A stretch of 63,824 nt of DNA, filler included, from Octopus bimaculoides (GCF_001194135.2; 5 parts of 4 records of this genome joined end to end with filler, not necessarily neighbours in it); one strand, 5' to 3'. Counted from the whole stretch's first letter, positions 35,064 to 46,914 are shown. Translations and numbers: made by a program. The notes: generated from the letters alone by a model not told the origin.

Positions 35064-36520
35064 TTAATCATTTACAGCTGGTACTAACGGCAACCACACC
35101 CGCTGATGAAACGCTGAAGGTGTCGCAGCCTCGGCGCGTGTCAGAGAATCATTAGGCACGGCATGCCTATTCTTCCACTCCGTGGCTGTCGATAGCAGAT
35201 GGACCGTCTGACGAGCGGAACACGACTCCCTCCACAGAAATTGAAAGAGCAAGCGCCCCAGTTTGATCAGCCACGAAGCAGGGCGACAGACGACGGTCAA
35301 GAGGTAATAGATGACGGAAGCGATGTACGCATTCGTCACCTCTGCCCGACCCTACAGGGACAGCTTCCTCTCTCCTTATTTCTGGGCGAGATTGGCCACC
35401 CTGCTCGTCACCTACCACCAGTTCTTGTCCACCTGGAGATCCGGACTAAAGCAGATCCGGAGCAATTTAACCGGTCCTTCCGCCCAGCGCCCTACAACGG
35501 TGTCGATTGGCACGGACCTGCCTCTCCAGGAGCCGATTTGTCTTGATTATAATTTGCTCCTGTCACCGCTTCGTAATCCCTTTAAGGTAGTGCCGATCAC
35601 CTTGATTTCCGAGCTGTCCGACACTGTTATAGTGACGTCATCGCATAAGCCGACTCGAACCTTCCGCATCCTAGAACACGCAGGATGCCCCTTGAAATAT
35701 CCAACTTCTTTAGTAATGGCTCAAGAACCAGCTCGAACAGAAGAGATGAGAGTAGGGATCCTTGACGGACAGAACGGGCGATGCCAAACGTCTCCGATAG
35801 GTAGCCATTTACTTTGACCACCGAACAGACATTGCTGTAGATTGCGGCGATCCAGCCTCTGGAAACGGAATCGAAGCCAGCCGCCGCGAGGACAGCATCC
35901 AACTATTGATGGTCGACCTTATTCAAAGCTTTTGATTATTTCAAGTTGATCAGAGCCCCACCCATGCCAAGTTTCTTTCCCTACCCTCTCTATGAAGTAG
36001 CGCATGAGGTGGAGGTTGTGGTGGATAGATCTGTTCGGGATAGTGCATGTCTGTGCGTCCCTCATCAGCTTATCGACGACAAGCGCAAACCTCTTAGCTA
36101 ACCCCTTGGTCAAAATCTTATACTCTGTGTTCAGCAAAATCATGGGCCCAACACTATCTATATGGTCCCCCTTGTTCGGGACTTCTCAGCTGCACCACCA
36201 CGCCACGGCTCATAGCAATGGATATTCTCCAGTTCTGGCATATGAAGACACAGCTCGAAGGGCAGACCATCCAGCCGCGGAGAATTCTCTGTCTTGTGCA
36301 GCTCGTCATCACGTTTCGTATGTCTTCGGCTGTTATCGGCATTTCGTAGCACTCTGCGTCCCTGGCCGAAAGGTGAGACAAGCTGCCGAGGTAGGAAGTG
36401 AAATCCGCCTCCATTCCCGACCCACCGCGTGCTTTGTACAGTTCAGCGAAGTGCCGCTGAAATTCCGCATACATCTGCTTGGATTCGTGTAGCATGCGTC
36501 CGTTTCGGCCAGTCAAAGAA
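35064..36520 (-). mobile_element. Tx1/L1-clade LINE reverse transcriptase fragment, frameshifted
   Basis: PRLDGLPFEL, ILLNTEYKILTKGLAKR...QTCTIP.RSIHHNL, LAAAGF...VNGYLSETFGIARSVRQGSLLSSLLFELVLEPLL, LGRLLFQFLWR. GC-rich relative to the flanks. Confidence 0.88.
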
Positions 36521-36529
36521 CGAATTGTG

Positions 36530-36613
36530 ACAATGATGATGATGATGATGATGATCGACGTCATCATCATCATCATCACCACTAACAACACCACCATGGT
36601 CATCACCATTACT

Positions 36614-36653
<40 letters not shown>

Positions 36654-37084
36654 CCAACAACAACAACAACATCAACACCATCATCATCATCATAATCATC
36701 ATCATGGTGACTACCATTGACACGACAATCAACATCATCACTACCACCGCTACTACAATCATCATTGTGATCATCATCACCACCACCATTGTAAACACCT
36801 TCAGCAGAAGCAGCAGCACATTCACTACTCGCCTTCACCACCAACACCACCGCCATCATCACCATCACCATCATCGACGACAGCATCACCAAATACACAA
36901 CCGCACGCACTACTATTATTACCGCCGCCACCACCACCACCACCATCATCATCATCAGCATGGCTAACACCATCACCACCGCCGCCGCCGCTGCCACCAC
37001 CATCAACACCACCACCATCACTATCATGACCACAATCTTCATTAACATCACTAATACCACCATCACCTCCACCCCCACCCCACC
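36530..37084. repeat. Mosaic (CAT/CAC/AAC/GCC)n low-complexity tract
   Basis: About 550 bp of interleaved trinucleotides ending in a gap. Confidence 0.92.
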
Positions 37085-37638
37085 NNNNNNNNNNNNNNNN
37101 NNNNNNNNNNNNNNNNNNNNNNNNNNNNNNNNNNNNNNNNNNNNNNNNNNNNNNNNNNNNNNNNNNNNNNNNNNNNNNNNNNNNNNNNNNNNNNNNNNNN
37201 NNNNNNNNNNNNNNNNNNNNNNNNNNNNNNNNNNNNNNNNNNNNNNNNNNNNNNNNNNNNNNNNNNNNNNNNNNNNNNNNNNNNNNNNNNNNNNNNNNNN
37301 NNNNNNNNNNNNNNNNNNNNNNNNNNNNNNNNNNNNNNNNNNNNNNNNNNNNNNNNNNNNNNNNNNNNNNNNNNNNNNNNNNNNNNNNNNNNNNNNNNNN
37401 NNNNNNNNNNNNNNNNNNNNNNNNNNNNNNNNNNNNNNNNNNNNNNNNNNNNNNNNNNNNNNNNNNNNNNNNNNNNNNNNNNNNNNNNNNNNNNNNNNNN
37501 NNNNNNNNNNNNNNNNNNNNNNNNNNNNNNNNNNNNNNNNNNNNNNNNNNNNNNNNNNNNNNNNNNNNNNNNNNNNNNNNNNNNNNNNNNNNNNNNNNNN
37601 NNNNNNNNNNNNATATATATATATATTTATCGTGAATT

Positions 37639-37812
37639 GCTCGAAAGGTGGAGTAGATAAGCAGCCGACAACTGATGAAGGGTCGTTCTTTATGTTACTT
37701 GTCTTGTTTTCCATTTATTTATTTCGTTGTTTGCATACCAAATTTTGTCTTGGTATTTCATGTTGTCGTATTTCGTATTTCATGTTGTTTACGTTTTATA
37801 ACGTCCTGTACA
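37639..37812 (+). repeat. Second copy of the 13624-13788 dispersed repeat
   Basis: Shared GAGTAGATA..CAGCCGACAACTGATGAAGG and GTCCTGTAC. Confidence 0.6.
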
Positions 37813-37888
37813 CAAACAAGACCGCGTAGCTCTCATATGCAGTCACCAGTAAATGCCCATAATGTGGTGTAGAGTTGTTACTCTGGAG

Positions 37889-38007
37889 CGTGGATTCTCA
37901 AAATGTGTTCTGCAAAACCCCAGCGTTCTCTAAAAGTTATCAGGGGTTCCACGTTTTTAAAAATAATGTCGAAGGATTCTGCAGCCAAAAAAGTTTGGGA
38001 ACCATTG
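37889..38007. mobile_element. Small hAT-type MITE
   Basis: Degenerate CGTGGATTCTCAAA left end and TTTGGGAACCATTG right end. Confidence 0.5.
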
Positions 38008-38554
38008 GTCTAGCGATTAACTAAATGTTTTTAGGTTTAGCGAAGTCATGCCTCTGTACGAATTCCTACAGTGGTGTTTGCTGTTGTTCGCCAACAGCAT
38101 GTGACGTATGTGTTTATTGCATTTGGAGATGAGGAAAATATAAAGGTTGCATGAGAACCACTGATGTAGGGATTAATTGACTGTTTTTAGGTTCATCGAA
38201 GTCCTGCCCTTCTACAAATTCAGACAGTGGCGTTTGCAGTGTTTGCCAATAGTGTTGTCTGTGAAACACGTTTCTCACCATGTAAACAACGAAGGTATGA
38301 TGCATATGTTTATTGTGCTTCATGGTGTATGCAGGCTTGCAGCATATCCTGTGCATACATTTTAGATATGTAGTGCTCCTTATTAAATGGTGTTTTACTA
38401 TAAGCACCGAGCATCCCATTATACGCACCAAGCATTCCATCTATAGAGCAGGCTGCAGTAAGGTAGCCACACAATTTTGCAATAGTGTTATTTCTACGTA
38501 CAGGATAATATGGTACCTTGGCCCACAAATGTTGTCCTGTTGTTCGTGAAATAC

Positions 38555-38660
38555 TAGGTTCGACTTTTATACGGGGTCTAGGGAAAATGCCCAACTTTTG
38601 AGCCAAAAACAGAAGGTCAACTTTTACATGAGATCGACTATAACTCGAGTATATATGGTA
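38555..38660. mobile_element. pogo/Tc2-like terminal sequence (right end)
   Basis: Repeated CGAC/CAACTTTTA motifs and ...TCGACTATAACTCGAGTATATATGG-TA terminus. Confidence 0.45.
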
Positions 38661-38834
38661 TATATAAGTAAGGAATAGAGTATAGACAAGCAAAACATGT
38701 GGTGCCACTTTAGAACTTTCAATTTATAATTTATACTTTAAACAGCTGCTGCTCAAGCAATACTTTTAGTTGTAAACTAAACGAAACACTTATAGTACAC
38801 ACCTATTACATTATGTCATTTGACGAATATTTGT

Positions 38835-38868
<34 letters not shown>

Positions 38869-40009
38869 NNNNNNNNNNNNNNNNNNNNNNNNNNNNNNNN
38901 NNNNNNNNNNNNNNNNNNNNNNNNNNNNNNNNNNNNNNNNNNNNNNNNNNNNNNNNNNNNNNNNNNNNNNNNNNNNNNNNNNNNNNNNNNNNNNNNNNNN
39001 NNNNNNNNNNNNNNNNNNNNNNNNNNNNNNNNNNNNNNNNNNNNNNNNNNNNNNNNNNNNNNNNNNNNNNNNNNNNNNNNNNNNNNNNNNNNNNNNNNNN
39101 NNNNNNNNNNNNNNNNNNNNNNNNNNNNNNNNNNNNNNNNNNNNNNNNNNNNNNNNNNNNNNNNNNNNNNNNNNNNNNNNNNNNNNNNNNNNNNNNNNNN
39201 NNNNNNNNNNNNNNNNNNNNNNNNNNNNNNNNNNNNNNNNNNNNNNNNNNNNNNNNNNNNNNNNNNNNNNNNNNNNNNNNNNNNNNNNNNNNNNNNNNNN
39301 NNNNNNNNNNNNNNNNNNNNNNNNNNNNNNNNNATTTGGGACGGTGCTGCTGCCCAGAACATCGGTTATCTAGAAACCTGTACCTGCTTATGTCTTTCCA
39401 GCTGATGTTGGATTCCAATTATTCAAGAGGACCATTAATGGCACCAACTTCTCCGGTTCTAGAGAATCTGCGCAACCCATGGACACTGCCTGTTTCTTCA
39501 GCTCCGAAAAAATAAAAACAATATTTATTTCAGAAAGATCTGATTTATTCAAATCGTGCTATTTTCTTACCTTAGTTCAATTTCTTTTTATTATATCATT
39601 ATGTAAATTATTACAAGACAAAACTTTGTAAATGTTTACATGTAAGTAATCTATAAGCGTTGATTGAACTGGTTCAAGATAACTATTCTCTGCTGACGAG
39701 GTCTGATAAGACAGAAACATGTGCATAACCGACACTGTGCCTGTAATCAATGATAAAATCTTTAGAAATATATGAAAATTGATAATTTTCTCTGAAATTA
39801 ATTCTAAATTTCCAGAATTATTTCCCCTTTGCTTTCAGAGTTGCTAACGATTGTGGCTATTACCGTTTTATTTCGCCACCCAATAACTAAATTTCAGTTC
39901 ATTGAGAAGACTTAGCGCTCGTCACTCAGTACATCGCCAAGAATCATTTAAACCATTTCAGAACACCCTATTGCTGTTATGTTCAGTGACTTAAATTTTG
40001 CTTTACTTG

Positions 40010-40189
40010 AATCAGTCATTAGACTGCGACCATGATGTGGCACCGCCTTGAAGAATTGTAAATCAAATGACACGACCCCAGGACTTATTTTGGTTTTAAA
40101 GCCTGGTATTCTATCGGTTACATTTGCCGAACTGATATGTTACGGCGATATAAACACACCAACACAGGTTGTGAAGCGGTGTGGTTGGG

Positions 40190-40195
<6 letters not shown>
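40010..40195 (-). mobile_element. SINE family B, 3' half
   Basis: CAGTCATTAGACTGCGACCATG...CGACCCCAGGACTT...TTGCCGAACTG. Confidence 0.8.
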
Positions 40196-40238
<43 letters not shown>

Positions 40239-40650
40239 GATTGCTTTAAGAACATAGCGTTAAATATATATATATATATATATATATATANNNNNNNNNN
40301 NNNNNNNNNNNNNNNNNNNNNNNNNNNNNNNNNNTTAATTAATTAANNNNNNNNNNNNNNNNNNNNNNNNNNNNNNNNNNNNNNNNNNNNAAACAACACG
40401 TCTTTTGTAGCTTGAATCATTCAATATGCATTTAATGCGATAGCACGAACTTAAAAGATTTATCTAAAAACAAAATAGCACATTACGAATTAAATATTTT
40501 TTTAAAAAACAAACATTTTGTTGACCATTTCATTAAAAACGAAAGTTAAAAATGCATCTCGAACAAATCACAGTTTTCATATCTCCTGCGCCACATAAAT
40601 TCACATGCTCAACTGTCAACAAATGGCTTCAATATATTTGTCACAACAAA

Positions 40651-40735
40651 TCGGTGAGCTGGCAGAAATGTTAGCACGCCGGGCAAAATGCTTAGCGGTA
40701 TTTCGTCTGTCTTTACGTTCTGAGTTCCAAAACTG
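40651..40735 (+). mobile_element. SINE family A head fragment
   Basis: GGTGAGCTGGCAGAAATGTTAGCACGCCGGGCAAAATGCTTAGCGGTATTTCG...GAGTTCC. Confidence 0.85.
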
Positions 40736-40834
40736 CCCCTGACTCTAAGAAATACACTTTCTGTTTTAAGGTGATTTAAATTAAAAACTTCCATGAAAAT
40801 TTCCTGTCAAGTTATGTTCTAAACACTAGCGTAA

Positions 40835-41026
40835 TAATCCTTTCTACTAAAGGCGCAAGGCCTGAAATTTGGGGGAGGGGACTAGTTGATTACTCAATCC
40901 CAGTGTTTTAGGACCTCGAAAGGATGAAAAGCAAAGTCGACCTCGGTGGAATTTGAACTCAGAACGTAGCGACGGGCGAAATACCACTAAGCATTTCGTC
41001 CAGCCTGCTAACGATTCTGCCAGCTC
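40835..41026 (-). mobile_element. SINE family A copy
   Basis: AAAAGCAAAGTCGACCTCGGTGGAATTTGAACTCAGAACG...AACGATTCTGCCAGCTC. Confidence 0.88.
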
Positions 41027-41434
41027 AAATTCTTCATTATTTTCAAAATCAACTGAACCAGAGACAGTGTATTTCGACAAATATGAGGTAACAAAAGGGT
41101 TAGATCTAGTCTTTTGAATGTTAAGATGTTTTTTTTTTCTTAATATCAGCAACATAGGACCGATGAAACTTGAAATCACTAACCTCTTTGAACTGTGTGC
41201 CGTCGTTGTAACAAATTGGCTGATGAATTTCGTCCACATTGATTACCGTATTCTAACGTATATAAGGAACCCTCGTGCATAAAGAATCCCCTAATTTTTA
41301 AACCTAATTTTTGACAAAAAGGAGTTCTTTATACAAGGAACGGTACTTCTTTAGATTGAGAAACAGGACGACTTAAACAAATAACATTCTCAAGAGAAGT
41401 TAAGTCTTGCACATCACGCAGTCGATGAGCCCTA

Positions 41435-41542
41435 AGGATAACATTCTCAACAAAGTCGAGGTCAAATATAAGGATAACATTATCAACAAAGTCAAGGTTA
41501 AATATGAGCATAACATCATCAAAAAAGTCGAGGCGAAACACA
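41435..41542 (+). repeat. 36-bp tandem repeat x3 (in frame, 12-aa unit)
   Basis: AGGATAACATTCTCAACAAAGTCGAGGTCAAATATA and two variants; translates as KDNILNKVEVKY/KDNIINKVKVKY/EHNIIKKVEAKH. Confidence 0.85.
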
Positions 41543-42370
41543 TGCATGCTCTGATTGTTGGTGAGGCCTTTCTCCTGAGATCAAGGGATCAAGACCTTGC
41601 CTAAAGATGTAGTCCACTGCAATCACGAATTTATATATCATCGAGAAATATTAAAATATTAAAAAATATTTTCAGGATATTATACTAAGGTAATATAATA
41701 AGAAAATAACTTTTTAAGTTTGGATTCTTAAATATGTCTCAGGAACTGTATAGGGGAAAGACGTGCATATCGCATCATATATATTTTTTCATATTCCCTG
41801 ATAATGTGATCATTTGTAGATCTTGAATTATGGATCTACGTTCTCTCTCCAAGATCCCAAGTTTAGTCATATTTCGTTCCAGACGGGTTGGTATGTATCC
41901 ATTGTGTGTGTGTGATTATTCAGTTTATTTCAAGATTTCTTGCCAATAGAGAAAGAACCGGTTTCTAACCTACATCCAAGGCTCCTTCATTGGAATTTCA
42001 ACATCAGCAACAGGATATTTTGTTATGTATGTATGTATGTATGTATGTATGTATTATGTACATATGTCATTATTCAGCTTCATTTCAAGATTTCTTGCCA
42101 ATAGTGAAAGAACAGGTTTCTAACCTAGATCCAAAGTTCTTTCATTGGAATTTCAGCAACATCAACAGGGTATTATTTTCATGTATATATGCAGATTTGT
42201 ATGTTTTGTTTTACGTATGTATTCTTATGCATATAGTTGCATATCTAGACATGCTCATATATATTTCAATACCAAACTTCTGGAAAGTTATACAAACTTT
42301 TACAGTTCCAGTGATGGCTTGGATCTGTAGTCTTGGAATCAGCTTTCTCCACTTTGGTTTTGCGAAGCCT

Positions 42371-42411
42371 ATGTATGTATGTATGTATGTATGTATGTAT
42401 GTATGTATGTA

Positions 42412-42468
<57 letters not shown>

Positions 42469-42492
42469 GTATGTATGTATGTATGTATGTAT
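42371..42492. repeat. (TATG)n/(TG)n compound microsatellite
   Basis: Read directly from the sequence. Confidence 0.93.
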
Positions 42493-42873
42493 GCATGCAT
42501 GTATATGCGATGCGTGTGTGTGTATGTGTGTTTAGTGAGATGAGAAATTGAATGAGACATAGACGCAAGCAGCTTGGAAAAGACAGGCAGACAGGCACGC
42601 AGGCATATACCGAAAGCAGCGTGACACCCTGAATCTAAGAACACGATAGAAAGAGAATAAGAAAGAATTTCTTTGAGAAAGGAAGAAAAAGATTGATATC
42701 AAGATAGGGTATGATTGATTAGCGCGCTAAGAATTTGTTTCTGTTTCTAGGAATTTGGGGCAACAGTAGGAAAACAGACATAAGCAATAATATACCTATG
42801 CTTAAATAATAACAACAACAGCAACAACAACAATAATAACAACAACAACAGCAATAAGGCATCAAGGGGGAAT

Positions 42874-43100
42874 ATAAAGGAAATTGGAATAGAATGCCCA
42901 GTAGAACAGTTACAAAAAGTTTGCCTCTTTGGCACGGCCAGAATAATCAGGAAAGTGTTATATAGCTGAAAAGGACGGATAGTATGGTACCGTAGGCTGC
43001 AGGTAGCAAGCCCACTACGCATGCAAAACTCCAAGGGCTCCAACAAAACTTGTGATAATGAGAAATAATAATAATGAGAAATAATGAGAAATAATAATAA
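42874..43100 (+). mobile_element. Extreme 3' end of an R4/Dong-type RLE LINE with 3' UTR and AAT-rich tail
   Basis: IKEIGIECPVEQLQKVCLFGTARIIRKVLYS* (typical LQK..L.GTARI.RKVL terminus), then a UTR and (AAT/GAGAAAT) repeats. An AAC/AAT tract lies upstream. Confidence 0.78.
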
Positions 43101-43340
43101 TTCTTTGTACTACAGGCACAAGGCCTGAAATTTTGTGGGAGGGGAGAAGTCGATTACATCGATCCTAGTGGGTAACTGGTACTTATTTCATCGACTCCGA
43201 AACGATGAAAGGCAAAGTCGACCTCGGCGGAATAAACAAAGTTGAGCTAAGCATGATTTGATCTCAGAGCGTAAGAGAGCCGTAACAAATATTGCATGAC
43301 GTTTTGTTCTATGCTCTAACGACTCTGCTCTTTCGCCGAT
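43095..43340 (-). mobile_element. SINE family A copy
   Basis: ACTGGTACTTATTTCATCGACTCCGAAACGATGAAAGGCAAAGTCGACCTCGGCGGAAT. Confidence 0.85.
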
Positions 43341-43374
43341 CAAGTGTGTGTGTGTGTGTGTGTGTGTGAAAGAT

Positions 43375-43450
43375 GCTTACAGCACCTAGGTTTCCCAAGC
43401 GGTCACCCATCTAAGTACTCACTACGCTCGACATTACTTAACTTCGTCGA
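43375..43450 (-). pseudogene. 5S rRNA-derived fragment (3' two-thirds)
   Basis: Reverse complement CGAAGTTAAGTAATGTCGAGCGTAGTGAGTACTTAGATGGGTGACCGCTTGGGAAACCTAGGTGCTGTAAGC. Confidence 0.85.
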
Positions 43451-44426
43451 AGTACAAAAAAGGATGTTAGGGATTCTTTCTGTTTGGGTGCCAGTTTTCA
43501 ATCTCTTCAATTTCTGTTTGAATTGATTTCATATTCGGTGTAATGAAATAGTTTTATTTGCTAATCAATGCCTTGAAATTCATTTTCGCCATAGATCAAT
43601 AAGGAATAAATAGCTTTTAAAGTTTGAAAATTTGGTGTAATTTTAGCCAATCGCAAGCCACAGACACTTTCATGCCTGTTTCCATAGTAACAAGCCAAAC
43701 ATGAGAACTCTTTGGCCTGTGAGAAACTACGTGTTGCAAAATATATTCTATTCACTAAGGTAGCGGTGAGATGTGCTAAAAATAACAGCTAAATAGGCCT
43801 TAAATTACGCATCCCCAAAGATTTTGGCTTGTACTTTTTGCATGATCGTATGAATTCCCATGTCTAGAATACAAATTCACAAAAATTTTCTGAAAATTCC
43901 GAAAAATAAAGAAGTTATGAGGATTATACAGCGTATGTAAAGCAGAATTCCGCTAGTATTTCGTTTGTTTACAGTTGACAACACGTGCTGTCACGCACAA
44001 AATCCTGTTTTCTGACTGGGTGAAAATTATCAAGGTTTAAACCTCTATAACTTGTTTATTAAAAAAATTCTGGAAAAAGTGAAATATCTCCTGAGATTCA
44101 GCTTGGAAAACTATATTACTGTACCAAATTTTAAAATTTCCTATAAACATTGAAATTTCGAAAATTAGCAGCCAAACTTCAGGTAGTATTAAATGTGAAG
44201 ATGGAACGGATGAAGTCTGATTCACAAGAGCAGATACAACTCACCTGGCAGGTTTCCTCACAGTTTCCGTTTGTCTAATTTCAGCTAAAAAGGTTTTGGT
44301 AGACTTGTGAAAGCACCTTAACTAGGATGCCGCGTGGTACAATCAAACGAACGAAACTTAATTACGAAGCAAACTTCTTAATTACATAATCAGGCCTCGC
44401 TTATGCTTAAAGCAATATGTAGAATT

Positions 44427-44650
44427 GGCGGCGAGCGGGCAGAATCGTTGGCACGCCGAACAAAATGCTTAGCAACATTTTGTCCGTCTTTACGTTCAGA
44501 GTTTAAATTCCACCGAGATCGATTTTGCCTTTAATTCTTTCGTGGTCGATAAAATAACTACCAGCTGAACACTGAGGTCGATGTAATCGACTCACCGCCC
44601 CACCTCACCATCCGAAAGTGCTAACCTTGTGCCAACATTTGAAACCAATA
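44427..44650 (+). mobile_element. SINE family A copy
   Basis: GGCGGCGAGCGGGCAGAATCGTTGGCACGCCG...GTCGATAAAATAACTACCAG. Confidence 0.85.
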
Positions 44651-46082
44651 TTTAGATTTTCAACTAGTTCCATTAATGAGTTCTGAGGAATTCGGTCTCT
44701 GCCAACCAAAGATGTATTACTAAATCGCGTTGAATTATAATCTCAGAATTAGAAAATAACTCAACAATTTAGATATTCTCGCTACGCTACTATGTTTTTT
44801 TTACTTTTTTCTTTTCCGTTACACAGCGTAAGATTCCATTATTTTCGCATATTTCTATTTGAAGCGCAGTTTATAGCCTTAAAAAAGAACGACAGTGGCA
44901 TAAAGCCAAGAGATACAGATAACAAAATAAGCTATGTAGTTACAAAAACTGCGTACGTAGTTGCCAAAAATACTACTAAAAAATTATTTATATCTCCCAC
45001 AAATTGTTTTTGTCATTCGAAAAATAGATAGATAAAAAAATAAATAAATAAATAAATAAATAAAAAAACAAAAAAACAAAAGAGAAAAACAAAAGTAAGC
45101 CATATATATGTGTGTGTGTATGTGTGAATAAAATATATTTATATAACATATATANNNNNNNNNNNNNNNNNNNNNNNNNNNNNNNNNNNNNNNNNNNNNN
45201 NNNNNNNNNNNNNNNNNNNNNNNNNNNNNNNNNNNNNNNNNNNNNNNNNNNNNNNNNNNNNNNNNNNNNNNNNNNNNNNNNNNNNNNNNNNNNNNNNNNN
45301 NNNNNNNNNNNNNNNNNNNNNNNNNNNNNNNNNNNNNNNNNNNNNNNNNNNNNNNNNNNNNNNNNNNNNNNNNNNNNNNNNNNNNNNNNNNNNNNNNNNN
45401 NNNNNNNNNNNNNNNNNNNNNNNNNNNNNNNNNNNNNNNNNNNNNNNNNNNNNNNNNNNNNNNNNNNNNNNNNNNNNNNNNNNNNNNNNNNNNNNNNNNN
45501 NNNNNNNNNNNNNNNNNNNNNNNNNNNNNNNNNNNNNNNNNNNNNNNNNNNNNNNNNNNNNNNNNNNNNNNNNNNNNNNNNNNNNNNNNNNNNNNNNNNN
45601 NNNNNNNNNNNNNNNNNNNNNNNNNNNNNNNNNNNNNNNNNNNNNNNNNNNNNNNNNNNNNNNNNNNNNNNNNNNNNNNNNNNNNNNNNNNNNNNNNNNN
45701 NNNNNNNNNNNNNNNNNNNNNNNNNNNNNNNNNNNNNNNNNNNNNNNNNNNNNNNNNNNNNNNNNNNNNNNNNNNNNNNNNNNNNNNNNNNNNNNNNNNN
45801 NNNNNNNNNNNNNNNNNNNNNNNNNNNNNNNNNNNNNNNNNNNNNNNNNNNNNNNNNNNNNNNNNNNNNNNNNNNNNNNNNNNNNNNNNNNNNNNNNNNN
45901 NNNNNNNNNNNNNNNNNNNNNNNNNNNNNNNNNNNNNNNNNNNNNNNNNNNNNNNNNNNNNNNNNNNNNNNNNNNNNNNNNNNNNNNNNNNNNNNNNNNN
46001 NNNNNNNNNNNNNNNNNNNNNNNNNNNNNNNNNNNNNNNNNNNNNNNNNNNNNNNNNNNNNNNNNNNNNNNNNNNNNNNNNN

Positions 46083-46126
<44 letters not shown>

Positions 46127-46914
46127 GACTCCGGCACTCGGGCTGTTCGGGCTTAGCCCGAGTATAAATTTAGTGAAGTGAACGTGCATTTGCAAGGTGA
46201 TTTAATATCTACCAACACTGACTTCAAGTATGTAATTGCAGCCAATAACTCGAGCTCTTTTTATTCAGCCTGGTTGCAGTTCATTTGTTTTCGTTCAGCG
46301 TCTGGTGGTCATCTTAGAAGTGGCCTGAGTCAAAAAGTATCATTCGCAGCAGACGTTTTCTCGACGTCATTCTCACTCGCCTGACTCGGGCTCGGAAGTT
46401 ACAGCCCAAGTTGCTATCTACAATCGTAAAAATTAAAAGTAATTAAAATTCAATGTTTTCTTGGAACTAAATTTCTCTAGAGACTAGGATTTAAATTCCA
46501 ATCTATGAAATGTTTCCGTTCTACAATATTCTTAAAGGAACGAAAAATTATCCAGCAACTCGGGATGATACGAACGAGCCTGGTAGGTATAAAAGACTAA
46601 CTGGCATCTCTTGTCAAGTGTACAGTCAGATCGCTGATGTTTGTTGTGCACTCCGCAGTCATTATTTGATTGCCTTTATTCTCTGTGCATCTGTGTGTAA
46701 AAATCAGTTGTCTCTTACAGACTTGCTTTATTTGTTTACCCTTTACTTAGAAATGGAGAAAGACATAGTGCTAGATATAAAGAAAAAAAGAGCCATTTTG
46801 GGCTAGAAATAAAGCCGAAAAATGTAAAATTCTTCGAGCAGGCATGTGTCTTATGCGAAATCTGTGATGAGCCCGAGTGGCGCTGATGACCTGCAGTCAC
46901 CTCTGATATATATA

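Noticed and set aside
36479-37829. His/Thr/Ile/Met-rich long ORFs
   Set aside because: Mosaic trinucleotide tract plus gap; no non-repetitive coding context.
43678-43691. RFX X-box-like GTTTCCATAGTAAC with nearby CCAAT
   Set aside because: No adjacent gene start is evident, and the region looks like an old repeat interior whose ends I could not define.
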